Assembly: GCA_963713615.1 (NCBI GenBank)
Contig: CAVQMM010000001.1
Span: forward strand, 2,496,001 to 2,560,000
Length of the DNA stretch: 64,000 bases
From: an uncultured Chlamydiae bacterium
Lineage (GTDB): Bacteria > Chlamydiota > Chlamydiia > Chlamydiales > JAJFMA01
Direction: 5' to 3'
In this document: positions 7,810 to 16,800 of the stretch, in pieces
How positions within the stretch are numbered: the first letter of the stretch is position 1
How the letters are laid out: each line of letters opens with the position of its first letter
Notes under the pieces: generated by a model
The model's input: only the letters and a program-made list of their open reading frames with translations
Told to the model about the DNA's origin: nothing
Database searches by the model: none
Translations under genes and position numbers: made by a program

Positions 7810-9047
7810 AGATTGTCAAAGCAAACGAAGTGTCGCGAAGGTCAATAGATCTTCTAGAAGCTACCAAAGTAGTGATTCCTATTATCCAAGAAGTTAGGGA
7901 CCAAGGCGATGCTGCTCTACGTAAGTATGCGCAGCAATTTGATCGCCAGCAATTGGAACAGATCGTTGTCTCCAAAGCCCGCATAGAAGAGGCCAAACGC
8001 AACATTGATAGCAAACTCCTACAGGCCCTTAACACTGCCAAAACAAATATTGCGGCCTATCACAAAGCTCAACTGCCAAAAGACTGGATGATGTCAATTG
8101 CTCCTGGGATCACTGCTGGACAGCTGATACGCCCTATTTCGAAGGTGGGGTGCTATGTCCCTGGAGGACGCTATCCTCTTGTTTCTACTATTCTCATGAC
8201 AACTATAGTGGCACGAATAGCCGGTGTGGAACAGGTCATCGTGTGTACCCCGCGAGCAGTACCAGAGATCTTGGTCGCGTGCGATCTCGCCGGTGTCGAC
8301 CTCATTTGCGAAGTGGGCGGAGCCCAAGCTATCGCTGCTATGGCATACGGCACGGAAAGTGTTCCAAAGGTTGATAAGATCGTCGGTCCGGGAAATCGCT
8401 ATGTCACTGCCGCAAAAAAAGCCGTGTATGGCGATGTAGGCATTGATTTTCTGGCCGGACCCAGCGAAGTATTAGTCATCGCTGACGACAGCAGCAACCC
8501 AACCTATATAGCCGCAGACCTCATCGCCCAAGCCGAACACGACGACGATGCTATGGCGATTCTCGTGACTCCCTCACGCGCGCTAGCAGAGAAAGTCCTG
8601 GAGGCCCTCGAAGTACAGCTTGCTTCACTCCCAACAGCACAGACAGCTAGACGTTCCTTAGAACAAAATGGCATGATTGTACTAACAGATACACTAGATG
8701 AGGCTTTTGATGTCAGTAATCGTCTGGCTCCTGAACACTTAGAAATTCTTCTGGAGAACGTCGATGTATTGGATAAGATCAAAAGCGCCGCATCAGTATT
8801 TCTCGGAATGTATTCCGCTGAGGCCCTCGGTGACTACGCCACAGGTCCAAACCACGTGCTGCCAACGGGCGGAGTAGCTGCCTGGCAGTCGGGCCTAAAC
8901 ATTTATGATTTTATTAAGCAAATTACCGTGCAACAAGTGACTCCTGAAGGAATCCTTTCAGTGGGTGGTACAGTCTCAACATTGGCGCGCCTCGAAGGTC
9001 TCGAAGGTCACGCCCGCGCAGTACAAGTGAGGATGCAATCATGTTGA
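7806..9047 (+). CDS. hisD: Histidinol dehydrogenase
   Basis: YVPGG, GGAQAIAA, GPGNRYV, AGPSE, QAEH, APEHL and GPNHVLPT motifs. Confidence 0.96.
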   Translation: MKIVKANEVSRRSIDLLEATKVVIPIIQEVRDQGDAALRKYAQQFDRQQLEQIVVSKARIEEAKRNIDSKLLQALNTAKTNIAAYHKAQLPKDWMMSIAPGITAGQLIRPISKVGCYVPGGRYPLVSTILMTTIVARIAGVEQVIVCTPRAVPEILVACDLAGVDLICEVGGAQAIAAMAYGTESVPKVDKIVGPGNRYVTAAKKAVYGDVGIDFLAGPSEVLVIADDSSNPTYIAADLIAQAEHDDDAMAILVTPSRALAEKVLEALEVQLASLPTAQTARRSLEQNGMIVLTDTLDEAFDVSNRLAPEHLEILLENVDVLDKIKSAASVFLGMYSAEALGDYATGPNHVLPTGGVAAWQSGLNIYDFIKQITVQQVTPEGILSVGGTVSTLARLEGLEGHARAVQVRMQSC

Positions 9048-11266
9048 AGCCAAAAAATGCTGTGGTCAATCTGCCTATATATGCAGCGCCACCAGAAGGA
9101 CGCATGGGCTCTCTTCGGCTAGACTTTAACGAAAACACGCAAGGCGCCAGCCCCAAGGTCCTTGCGGCCTTAAGAGCCGTAACGGCTGCCGAATGCGGTT
9201 GCTATCCGGAGTATGACGAACTCAAAAAAGCTCTAGCGCGCTATCTAGGACTAGATACTGCCATGGTTCTACCCACCAATGGTAGTGATGAAGCCATCAA
9301 AATCGTCTTCGAGACTTTCGTTAGCAAGAACGACAAGGTCATTTTACTTACTCCAACTTTTTCAATGTATGAAGTCTATGCAACCCTAGCGGAAGCTAAT
9401 CAGGTGGTTATCCCATTTGCAGAATGTGACGATTTCGCCTACCCGGTCGAGGCCATCCTCAATGCCATTGACGGTGAAACGAAACTGGTTGTCCTGGCCA
9501 CTCCGAACAACCCTACAGGCTCAACGATCGCACGCGAAGACCTTATTCGCATCATCGAAAAAAATCCCAATACGGCGATTCTCATCGATGAGGCCTATGC
9601 AGCCTTTGCCAACTCAAGCTCCACTGACCTAGCCGCTAAATATAGCAATGTGCTTGTGACACAAACGTTTTCCAAAGACTTTGGTTTAGCAGGTTTGCGC
9701 ATCGCCTATTTGGTCTCACAAGCCGCCAATGTTCATTGGCTGAAACGTGTCATCAATCCCTATAGCGTCAATAGGTTCGCCGTTGTCGCCGCCATGGCAG
9801 CTCTTGAAGACCAGGCCTTTCTTAAACAGCATGTAGAAGAGGCCATCATGGCCCGAAACTTCTTTGCTTCTAAGATGGCAGAGCTGGGCTACAAAACATA
9901 TCCCTCGCAAGCAAACTTTCTGCTGGTCAATTTTGGCAAAGATGCAGAGGCTATCCTCGATCGTCTACGTAAGAGCAATATCCTCGTTCGCAATAAAAGC
10001 GGTCTCGTCAGGATCTCTTTTGGGAGTATCCAAGAGGCGCAACAGGTTCTGGAAGCCATCTCCGCACCGAAGACGGCCCTAATCTTCGATATGGATGGCG
10101 TCTTGGTCGATGATAGCCTGTCTTACTTAGAGTGTATCAAGAAAACAGTGGAACAACTGCTAGGCCAAAGCATAGACAACGCCGTAGTCAAAGCCGCCAA
10201 AGCTGGCGGAGGCTGTAACGACGACTATGACTGCGTCGCCAAAATATTGGCCGAAAACGGTAAGGTAGTCCCTCCAGAAACCATTGCTGAACTCTTTGAC
10301 GCCTACTACGAAACCTTCAAGTTTCAAGAAACATGGCTGATCGATGAAGCGATTCTAGCTAACCTACGCACAAAATATAGCTTAGGTATATGCACAGGAC
10401 GTCCTAAACGCGATGCGGTGGATGCCCTGCAACGGTTCAGCAAAACGCATGTCTTCGACATCGTGATTACCCGAGATGACGTTGACAAAGGAAAACCTGA
10501 TCCCGAGGGTTTAAATAAAATCCGCTCAACTCTAAACGCCACCAAAGCAATCTTCATTGGGGACAACCCCGATGACGCTTTGGCAGCCGAGAGGGCGGGC
10601 TATGCCTTCATCAAAGCAACTCCCTCAACACCTACTGCATGGCTGCTGGGAGAGATCAATCGTCTCATGAACCCCACTAAACGTGAAGCTTATATAGAAA
10701 GGCGGACCAAAGAAACAGACATCATCGCCAATCTAAACATCGACGGAATGGGCCAAGCATGCATCCAGACAGGTATTGGCTTCTTTGATCACATGCTCGA
10801 CGCCTTTACAAAACACGGTGGCTTTGACCTCAAAATTACCTGTCAGGGCGACCTACACATCGATCAGCACCACACCGTCGAGGATGTCGGTATCGTCCTG
10901 GGTGAAGCTTTTGCCAAAGCCCTGGGAGATAAGCGAGGCATTGCCCGCAGTGGATATTTTGTGTTTCCGATGGATGAAAGCCTAGCTATCTGTGCCCTCG
11001 ATCTATCCAATCGTCCGCACCTCACCTGCAATATAGAGGTTGGCGCACTGCGTATTGGAGACTTTGACACGTTGAATCTGTCCAATTTTTTCTCGGGGTT
11101 CGTGAAAGGTGCGCAAGTGAACTTGCACGTTCAGGTGCCCTATGGCATGGATCCACACCACAAGGTGGAGGCTCTCTTTAAGGCCTTTGGCAAAGCCCTA
11201 AGCATGGCCTGCACCCTAGATGCAACACGCACTGGCGTAATTCCTAGTACAAAAGGACTATTATGA
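9041..11266 (+). CDS. hisC/hisB: Trifunctional fusion: histidinol-phosphate aminotransferase (HisC) + HAD-IA phosphatase + imidazoleglycerol-phosphate dehydratase (HisB)
   Basis: PNNPTG, DEAY, TFSKDFGLAGLR (HisC); FDMDGVLVD, TGR, KPDP, GDNPDD (HAD); FFDHML, DQHHTVED, PMDE, HHKVE (IGPD); single open frame. Confidence 0.92.
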   Translation: MLKPKNAVVNLPIYAAPPEGRMGSLRLDFNENTQGASPKVLAALRAVTAAECGCYPEYDELKKALARYLGLDTAMVLPTNGSDEAIKIVFETFVSKNDKVILLTPTFSMYEVYATLAEANQVVIPFAECDDFAYPVEAILNAIDGETKLVVLATPNNPTGSTIAREDLIRIIEKNPNTAILIDEAYAAFANSSSTDLAAKYSNVLVTQTFSKDFGLAGLRIAYLVSQAANVHWLKRVINPYSVNRFAVVAAMAALEDQAFLKQHVEEAIMARNFFASKMAELGYKTYPSQANFLLVNFGKDAEAILDRLRKSNILVRNKSGLVRISFGSIQEAQQVLEAISAPKTALIFDMDGVLVDDSLSYLECIKKTVEQLLGQSIDNAVVKAAKAGGGCNDDYDCVAKILAENGKVVPPETIAELFDAYYETFKFQETWLIDEAILANLRTKYSLGICTGRPKRDAVDALQRFSKTHVFDIVITRDDVDKGKPDPEGLNKIRSTLNATKAIFIGDNPDDALAAERAGYAFIKATPSTPTAWLLGEINRLMNPTKREAYIERRTKETDIIANLNIDGMGQACIQTGIGFFDHMLDAFTKHGGFDLKITCQGDLHIDQHHTVEDVGIVLGEAFAKALGDKRGIARSGYFVFPMDESLAICALDLSNRPHLTCNIEVGALRIGDFDTLNLSNFFSGFVKGAQVNLHVQVPYGMDPHHKVEALFKAFGKALSMACTLDATRTGVIPSTKGLL

Positions 11267-11838
11267 AAACTGTAATCATAGACTGCGGCGGAGGAAATCT
11301 CCGCTCTGTAAAAAATGCCCTATACTACCTAGGAATCGCCAGCGAGATCACTGGTGACAGGAACAAGATTGAAAATGCCGACCGCGTGATCTTTCCCGGC
11401 CAGGGCAACTTTGGTACGGTCATGCAGCAGCTGGATCAGGCTAACCTGAAAGAGACCTTGCGCTTTTGCGCCCTAAATAGGCCATTTTTGGGAATATGCG
11501 TAGGCATGCAGCTGCTTCTAGAAGCGAGTGAAGAAGCTCCAGGTATTCCTGGTCTAGGCATTTTCTCCGGCAAGGTAAAGAAGTTCCCTAGTACATTCAA
11601 AACCCCACAAATGGGATGGAATAAAGTAGAGTTTGCCCAATCATCAGCCTACTTCTACTTTGCTAATTCCTACTATTGCAACGTCGAAGACTCCTCAGTG
11701 GTATGCGCGACAACGCACTATGGAGTAAATTTTCCCAGTGCATTAAGGCGAGGACAGCTACTTGCCGCGCAGTTTCACCCTGAAAAATCTGGAGAAGCTG
11801 GTTTGCGGTTTCTGGAAAGCTTTGTGAGGAACACATGA
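11263..11838 (+). CDS. hisH: Imidazole glycerol phosphate synthase, glutaminase subunit
   Basis: GNLRSV, LGICVGMQ and QFHPEKS motifs. Confidence 0.95.
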   Translation: MKTVIIDCGGGNLRSVKNALYYLGIASEITGDRNKIENADRVIFPGQGNFGTVMQQLDQANLKETLRFCALNRPFLGICVGMQLLLEASEEAPGIPGLGIFSGKVKKFPSTFKTPQMGWNKVEFAQSSAYFYFANSYYCNVEDSSVVCATTHYGVNFPSALRRGQLLAAQFHPEKSGEAGLRFLESFVRNT

Positions 11839-12587
11839 TAACAAAACGCATCATCCCCTGCCTAGACGTGGATAAGGGCAGGGTCGTCAAAGGCAAGCAA
11901 TTCATAGAAATCCAGGATGCCGGCGATCCCGTCCAGCTGGCTAAGCTATATGCCAATCAAGGCGCCGATGAAGTCGTCATCTTGGACATCACAGCATCCC
12001 TGGAAGCGCGTGGCACATTCCTACATACTGTTGAGGCAGTATGCAAAAAACTGTTCGTCCCCCTCACAGTTGGTGGTGGTGTGCGAACCGTAGCTGATAT
12101 GCGCAAGCTACTCATGGCTGGAGCAGACAAGATCGCTATTAACAGCGCCGCGATTGCAGACCCAAAAATCATCAGTGAAGCGGCTGACATGTTCGGCTCA
12201 CAATGCATCGTTATTGCTATGGATGTGAAAAGAACCTCCTCGGGCTGGACAGTCTACTCCCATGGTGGCACACGCCCCACAGACCTTGACGCACTAGAAT
12301 GGGCTCTGCGCACTCAGGAACTCGGTGCGGGTGAAATTCTCCTCACCTCAATCGACCGCGATGGCACCAGAAGTGGTTATGACATTGAGCTCTTGCAGTG
12401 TGCAGTGAGTAGACTAAAAATCCCCGTCATCGCCTCTGGAGGCGTGGGGAAATGGGAAGACATCCGCGATGCCTTTCTACTTGGCAATGCTGACGCGGCC
12501 CTCATGGCCTCTATTGTACACTTTGGAGAGATGACTATCCCTCAAATAAAAACACTATTAAAAGACTCTGGAGTATCGGTAAGGTGA
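11835..12587 (+). CDS. hisF: Imidazole glycerol phosphate synthase, cyclase subunit
   Basis: KRIIPCLDV, GEILLTSIDRDG and IASGG motifs. Confidence 0.96.
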   Translation: MITKRIIPCLDVDKGRVVKGKQFIEIQDAGDPVQLAKLYANQGADEVVILDITASLEARGTFLHTVEAVCKKLFVPLTVGGGVRTVADMRKLLMAGADKIAINSAAIADPKIISEAADMFGSQCIVIAMDVKRTSSGWTVYSHGGTRPTDLDALEWALRTQELGAGEILLTSIDRDGTRSGYDIELLQCAVSRLKIPVIASGGVGKWEDIRDAFLLGNADAALMASIVHFGEMTIPQIKTLLKDSGVSVR

Positions 12588-12591
12588 TATC

Positions 12592-13302
12592 ATGATCTAT
12601 CCTAGTATTGACCTCATGAATGGAAAGGCTGTGCAGCTTGTCCAGGGAAAAAAGGAAAATAAGAAGCTTGAAATCGATGATGTCTTCGGCCTCGCAGATA
12701 AATTTTCGCAGCTTGGCCACATCAACGTGATCGATCTCGATGCAGCTTTTGGCAATGGTGACAACAGACAATTAATCCAAAGGTTAGCAGCCAAATACCC
12801 CATACGTGTTGGGGGAGGCATTCGCTCGGTTGACATTGCTAAAGCATATATCGAGGCGGGTACTGAGAAGATTATCATCGGCAGTGCTGCTTTTCAGAAG
12901 AATCGTGTCAATAGCGAATTTTTGAGTGCATTACGTGATCGTATTAAGCGTGAGCAGATTATTATTGCTCTAGACTCCTATCAGAAGGCCGTGGTCACAA
13001 AGGGCTGGACGGAGACGACAACACTGGATGCCGCGGAGATTATCAAGAGTCTCGAAGAGTATTGTGGAGAGTACCTGTACACACAAGTAGACAAAGAAGG
13101 AATGATGCAAGGCACGAACGTGGAACGCATCGTCGCATTGAAGGCTCTAACGAGTAATCAGCTTACCGCAGCTGGTGGCATTTCCACAGTAGAAGAGATC
13201 CAGGAACTATGGTCTCATGGCATCTACAGCGTACTTGGTATGGCCCTGTATACCGAGAAGCTCCCTTTTGAAACGTTGATGAAAATAAAGCATTCCAAGT
13301 AA
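12592..13302 (+). CDS. hisA: ProFAR isomerase
   Basis: IYPSIDL..GKAVQL.QG, IDLDAA and VGGGIR motifs. Confidence 0.92.
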   Translation: MIYPSIDLMNGKAVQLVQGKKENKKLEIDDVFGLADKFSQLGHINVIDLDAAFGNGDNRQLIQRLAAKYPIRVGGGIRSVDIAKAYIEAGTEKIIIGSAAFQKNRVNSEFLSALRDRIKREQIIIALDSYQKAVVTKGWTETTTLDAAEIIKSLEEYCGEYLYTQVDKEGMMQGTNVERIVALKALTSNQLTAAGGISTVEEIQELWSHGIYSVLGMALYTEKLPFETLMKIKHSK

Positions 13303-13338
13303 CAGATATATCGCATGGCTTTGGGCTATGGACAAACT

Positions 13339-13770
13339 GAGGTAATTGCAGAAGTCCGATTTTCCGAAGTCAATTTCCTGAAAATCGGATGCCGGTGAAG
13401 AGAGAGTCATTCCCTTCCCAGGCCCGAAGGGTCGATATTGCAACAGGCCATGGCATCGCCATGGTATATGCCAAAACGGTTTTAGCAGCCTGTAGGGCTG
13501 CCATAAAGCGCATGCATAAATGGTGTTTGTAAACTGGCGTCTTGTAGCACCCCTACAGGGTGCGAAATCCCTTCCTGGCATATACCATGGCGATGCCATG
13601 GCCTGTTGCAATATCGACCCTTCGGGCCTGGGAAGGGAGAAAAGCCTGTCTTTCCAGACCGGATAGTGCCATACCACTTAAGCTCTCCAGAATCGCCTTC
13701 TCACAAAAAAAAGTGATTTTTTTTTCAAAGAATCGATCCATGAGAGCCCAAATACTTCTGCAATTACCTC
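13339..13770. mobile_element. 432-bp MITE family C, copy 1
   Basis: 17-bp TIR GAGGTAATTGCAGAAGT / ACTTCTGCAATTACCTC; 4-bp duplication AACT; internal perfect 63-bp inverted repeat (13411-13473 / 13576-13638); second copy at 32392-33147. Confidence 0.88.
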
Positions 13771-13832
13771 AACTGGACTATTTGAGACGATTTCATTAGC
13801 TTTTGAGTTCTTATAGATCGAGAAACAGGCTT

Positions 13833-16800
13833 TTAATGTGTCTCTCTTAACTGGTTAACAACCGACACAAAAGTGCTAGGGATTGTTTCCGCTAAGGTGA
13901 GAATTGTCACACCGATTAGAAGGCGCATACGATCCGGAGGGCTTAAATTTTTCTCGCGACACGCATTGGCAACAACGTCTCGGCACCGAAATAACGCCTG
14001 CGTTAAGGCCAACAGATCAACAGGTGTAAAGCCTGCAAGAAGCTGCACAAACCAGGCCGCTGGTTGTTGCACGTTTAACCTCGTCCATTGCACTAGTAGC
14101 GTATCGGACACTTTTTGCCGACACTCATCATCTAACCATCTAATGATGTGTTTTTTGCAATCGTCAGTCACCTGAGCTAAGTCATCCATGGAAAGAGCTG
14201 ACTCACTGAGTGTCAAATAGGATTCCAGTATCGGTAGTATATGCCTAGAATCAGCCAAGGAGGCAAAGTGAGCCAATATTCCCACCACACGGAAGAATAG
14301 ACCTGCAAAACTTTCAGCGGATATCTTATCGCCTAAATATGTTTCCTTAAACTGCGCATTGACGGTATCACCTATCGACATCACGTTCGTCTGAAACTCA
14401 TCATTAAGAAGTCCGCACGCAAGCATGCTGCTGTCGAGATGTATGGTTCCCTCTTCCGGGATTTCAAACGCTTGAGCCAGCTGCTGTCTTAAGGCCATCA
14501 AGGGTCCATGTTCTGCTAAAAGCCTAGGGACAGGAGGGGCTCGAAATAGAAACCAATGGTTTTGCACAACCGCCTCTAATCCCAGGAGTAGCATCTGCCG
14601 AGCCTGGGATTGTACCTTCCTCTGAACCTCTTTATCTTGCTCATTCCAGGGGGTGAGTATTTCAGCCCACTCTTTTGTCTTTCGTTTGTCAGCTTCGATA
14701 TGGGAAGACTGCATGCGAAACACGTGAGCCGACAGACGGCGTTGCATTTCCAAGCTTATCTGCGGACAGGCTAGCATACTAATCCCATCTAATGGAGGGA
14801 GATCTCCGCGATTGAGAAGACGATTAACACCTTCATCCGTTACTTGACTATCGATAAGCTCGATCACACGTAGCTTCGGGAGTGTAGCCAAGAGTCCCAC
14901 CTCAGCGTCATTCACTCCGCCTGCGTCCTTCAAGTGAACCTCCTGCAGCTCTTTACAGTAGTAGACGAGTCTTTCCATACCAACATGAGTCAGCCCCTGA
15001 CACCTTCTAAGGTCTAGACTGGTAAGTCTTTGACAACCCTTTGCAAGCTTTGAAAGATCCTGGTCCGGACCAAAACGACATTCTGCACGGAGACGCACCA
15101 GGCCAGGACAGTGCTTAGCAAGTGCGACAACGTCATCTGTAAATAGACTGGTGAAATTGTCCGTCATACCTGTACTCCATAGAGCCGTCATGCTTGGGCA
15201 TGCTTCAGCAATAGGTTTTATCTTGAATCTGCCCGCTAAAGTTAGGCGCACCTGTAAGCCTACAGGACAGTTAGACAGGAAGAGAAGTTCACGAGCCGTC
15301 GGTTTAAAAGCCCGCCAAGCATATCCTGTCCTCTCTAAGCGCACATCTACAGCCTCAAAGTCAGGCCATGAAGGACGGAGCTCACTGACATCAAGGCTTG
15401 CAAAAGGAGCTTCTGTATGATGCTCCGAGAGCTTTAGGGTAACCGCCAACCGTTGCAATTTGTGCAATTTGGCGAGATACTTCCATCCTTGTCCATCCAC
15501 CAGAGGGCACTCTCCGTCTAATGTCAACTCAGTGAGTTGTGGATAACTGGTTACCAGACGGCAAATTTCCTCATTAGTGAGGGCACGACAGGCCGTCGTA
15601 TCTAGGCGCAGAGCTGGCAATTGAACAGGCAGGGCATGCGGAAGCAATCCCAAGGAGGGATTATCCGCCGGGACCACCATCTGTGCTAACTCATGCGGAT
15701 CCACTACGAATGGTTGTGGAGGAGGGACAAGGTTCTTGAGTACGACGGGCCTAATTTTCTGCGCAGCTCGTCTACAACAGGCAGCACCAACACCAGCCCC
15801 TAGGACTGTAGCAGACAATAGGGTTATCCCGACCGCTGAGGTGTCCACTACTCTGGACATTGTTGGTATAACCGAAATCACTGCATTAAGAGCTTCTCCC
15901 GTGTAACCACCAGCGGTTTCAATAGCAGCTATGGTTTGCTGATATAGCAACCCATTAGATCCAGTCATAAAATACACGACTCTCTCCAAAGCCGTCGAGG
16001 CAGTGGCTCGCGTCACACTGAAAACACTGTTAATATCGATTGATCCGATCGCACCAGCCAGCCTCTCATAGGCAACTGACCCATAGGGCACGTAAGAGAA
16101 TGCCGTTGAGGCAGCTAATACTGCGACGTCTTTCATCATGGATAAGCCACTTCTAGTTGTATCACGATAGAGATACGCCGACGTAGCTCCAATCGCACCA
16201 AACAAGGTTAGCCCCGTCCCACGGGCAATTCTAATGGCTCGATCCTTACTTATCTGATCAAACAACGCCTTACGCCAGGTGCGAGGGGGTAGAGGAGGCT
16301 GCTCAGCCCAGTATTTGAGTGTAGCTTCTTTCCATTGACCTCTTAGCTCATGCAAAATACCTTGCAACTCTGGGTGTGCAGCAACCTTAGCATGGTCCAA
16401 TTCAATGATCTTTAGGCGTCCGTCTGAAAGTATATTGATCCTGATGATTCCAGCGTATTGCTTAGACAATGTTTTCACGGAGGCTCGAAGCAGGTGGGGC
16501 ATATCCCGTTCTCTTGCGATCTGAAGAAGAATGAGCATATTGTCAGCTTGATCTGCCTGACCGATCAAATAGTTCTCAAAACGCTTTTGAAAGTGTCTAC
16601 AACCAAAATAGTCAACCGATGCCAAAAGATGTCCCACCTGCTCGACTGTCAAACCCTCCAAGCTCACCGATTCGGTTCGCATCCACTCTTGCGCGGCTTG
16701 CAGTTTTTCAACTGAAATATCTCTTAGCACAATGGCCTCATCAGGAATTTTACCCTTATCTGCCTCTACGAATCTCCCCTCTAGCATGCGGTGTAGCATA

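Noticed and set aside
5154..12878. Numerous short antisense or alternate-frame ORFs over the his operon and other genes
   Set aside because: Shadow ORFs fully overlapping well-supported genes, with no motifs
13207..13799. ORFs within family C elements (also 32353-33093) as transposase remnants
   Set aside because: No DDE or HUH motifs; the mirror-image peptides arise from the palindromes
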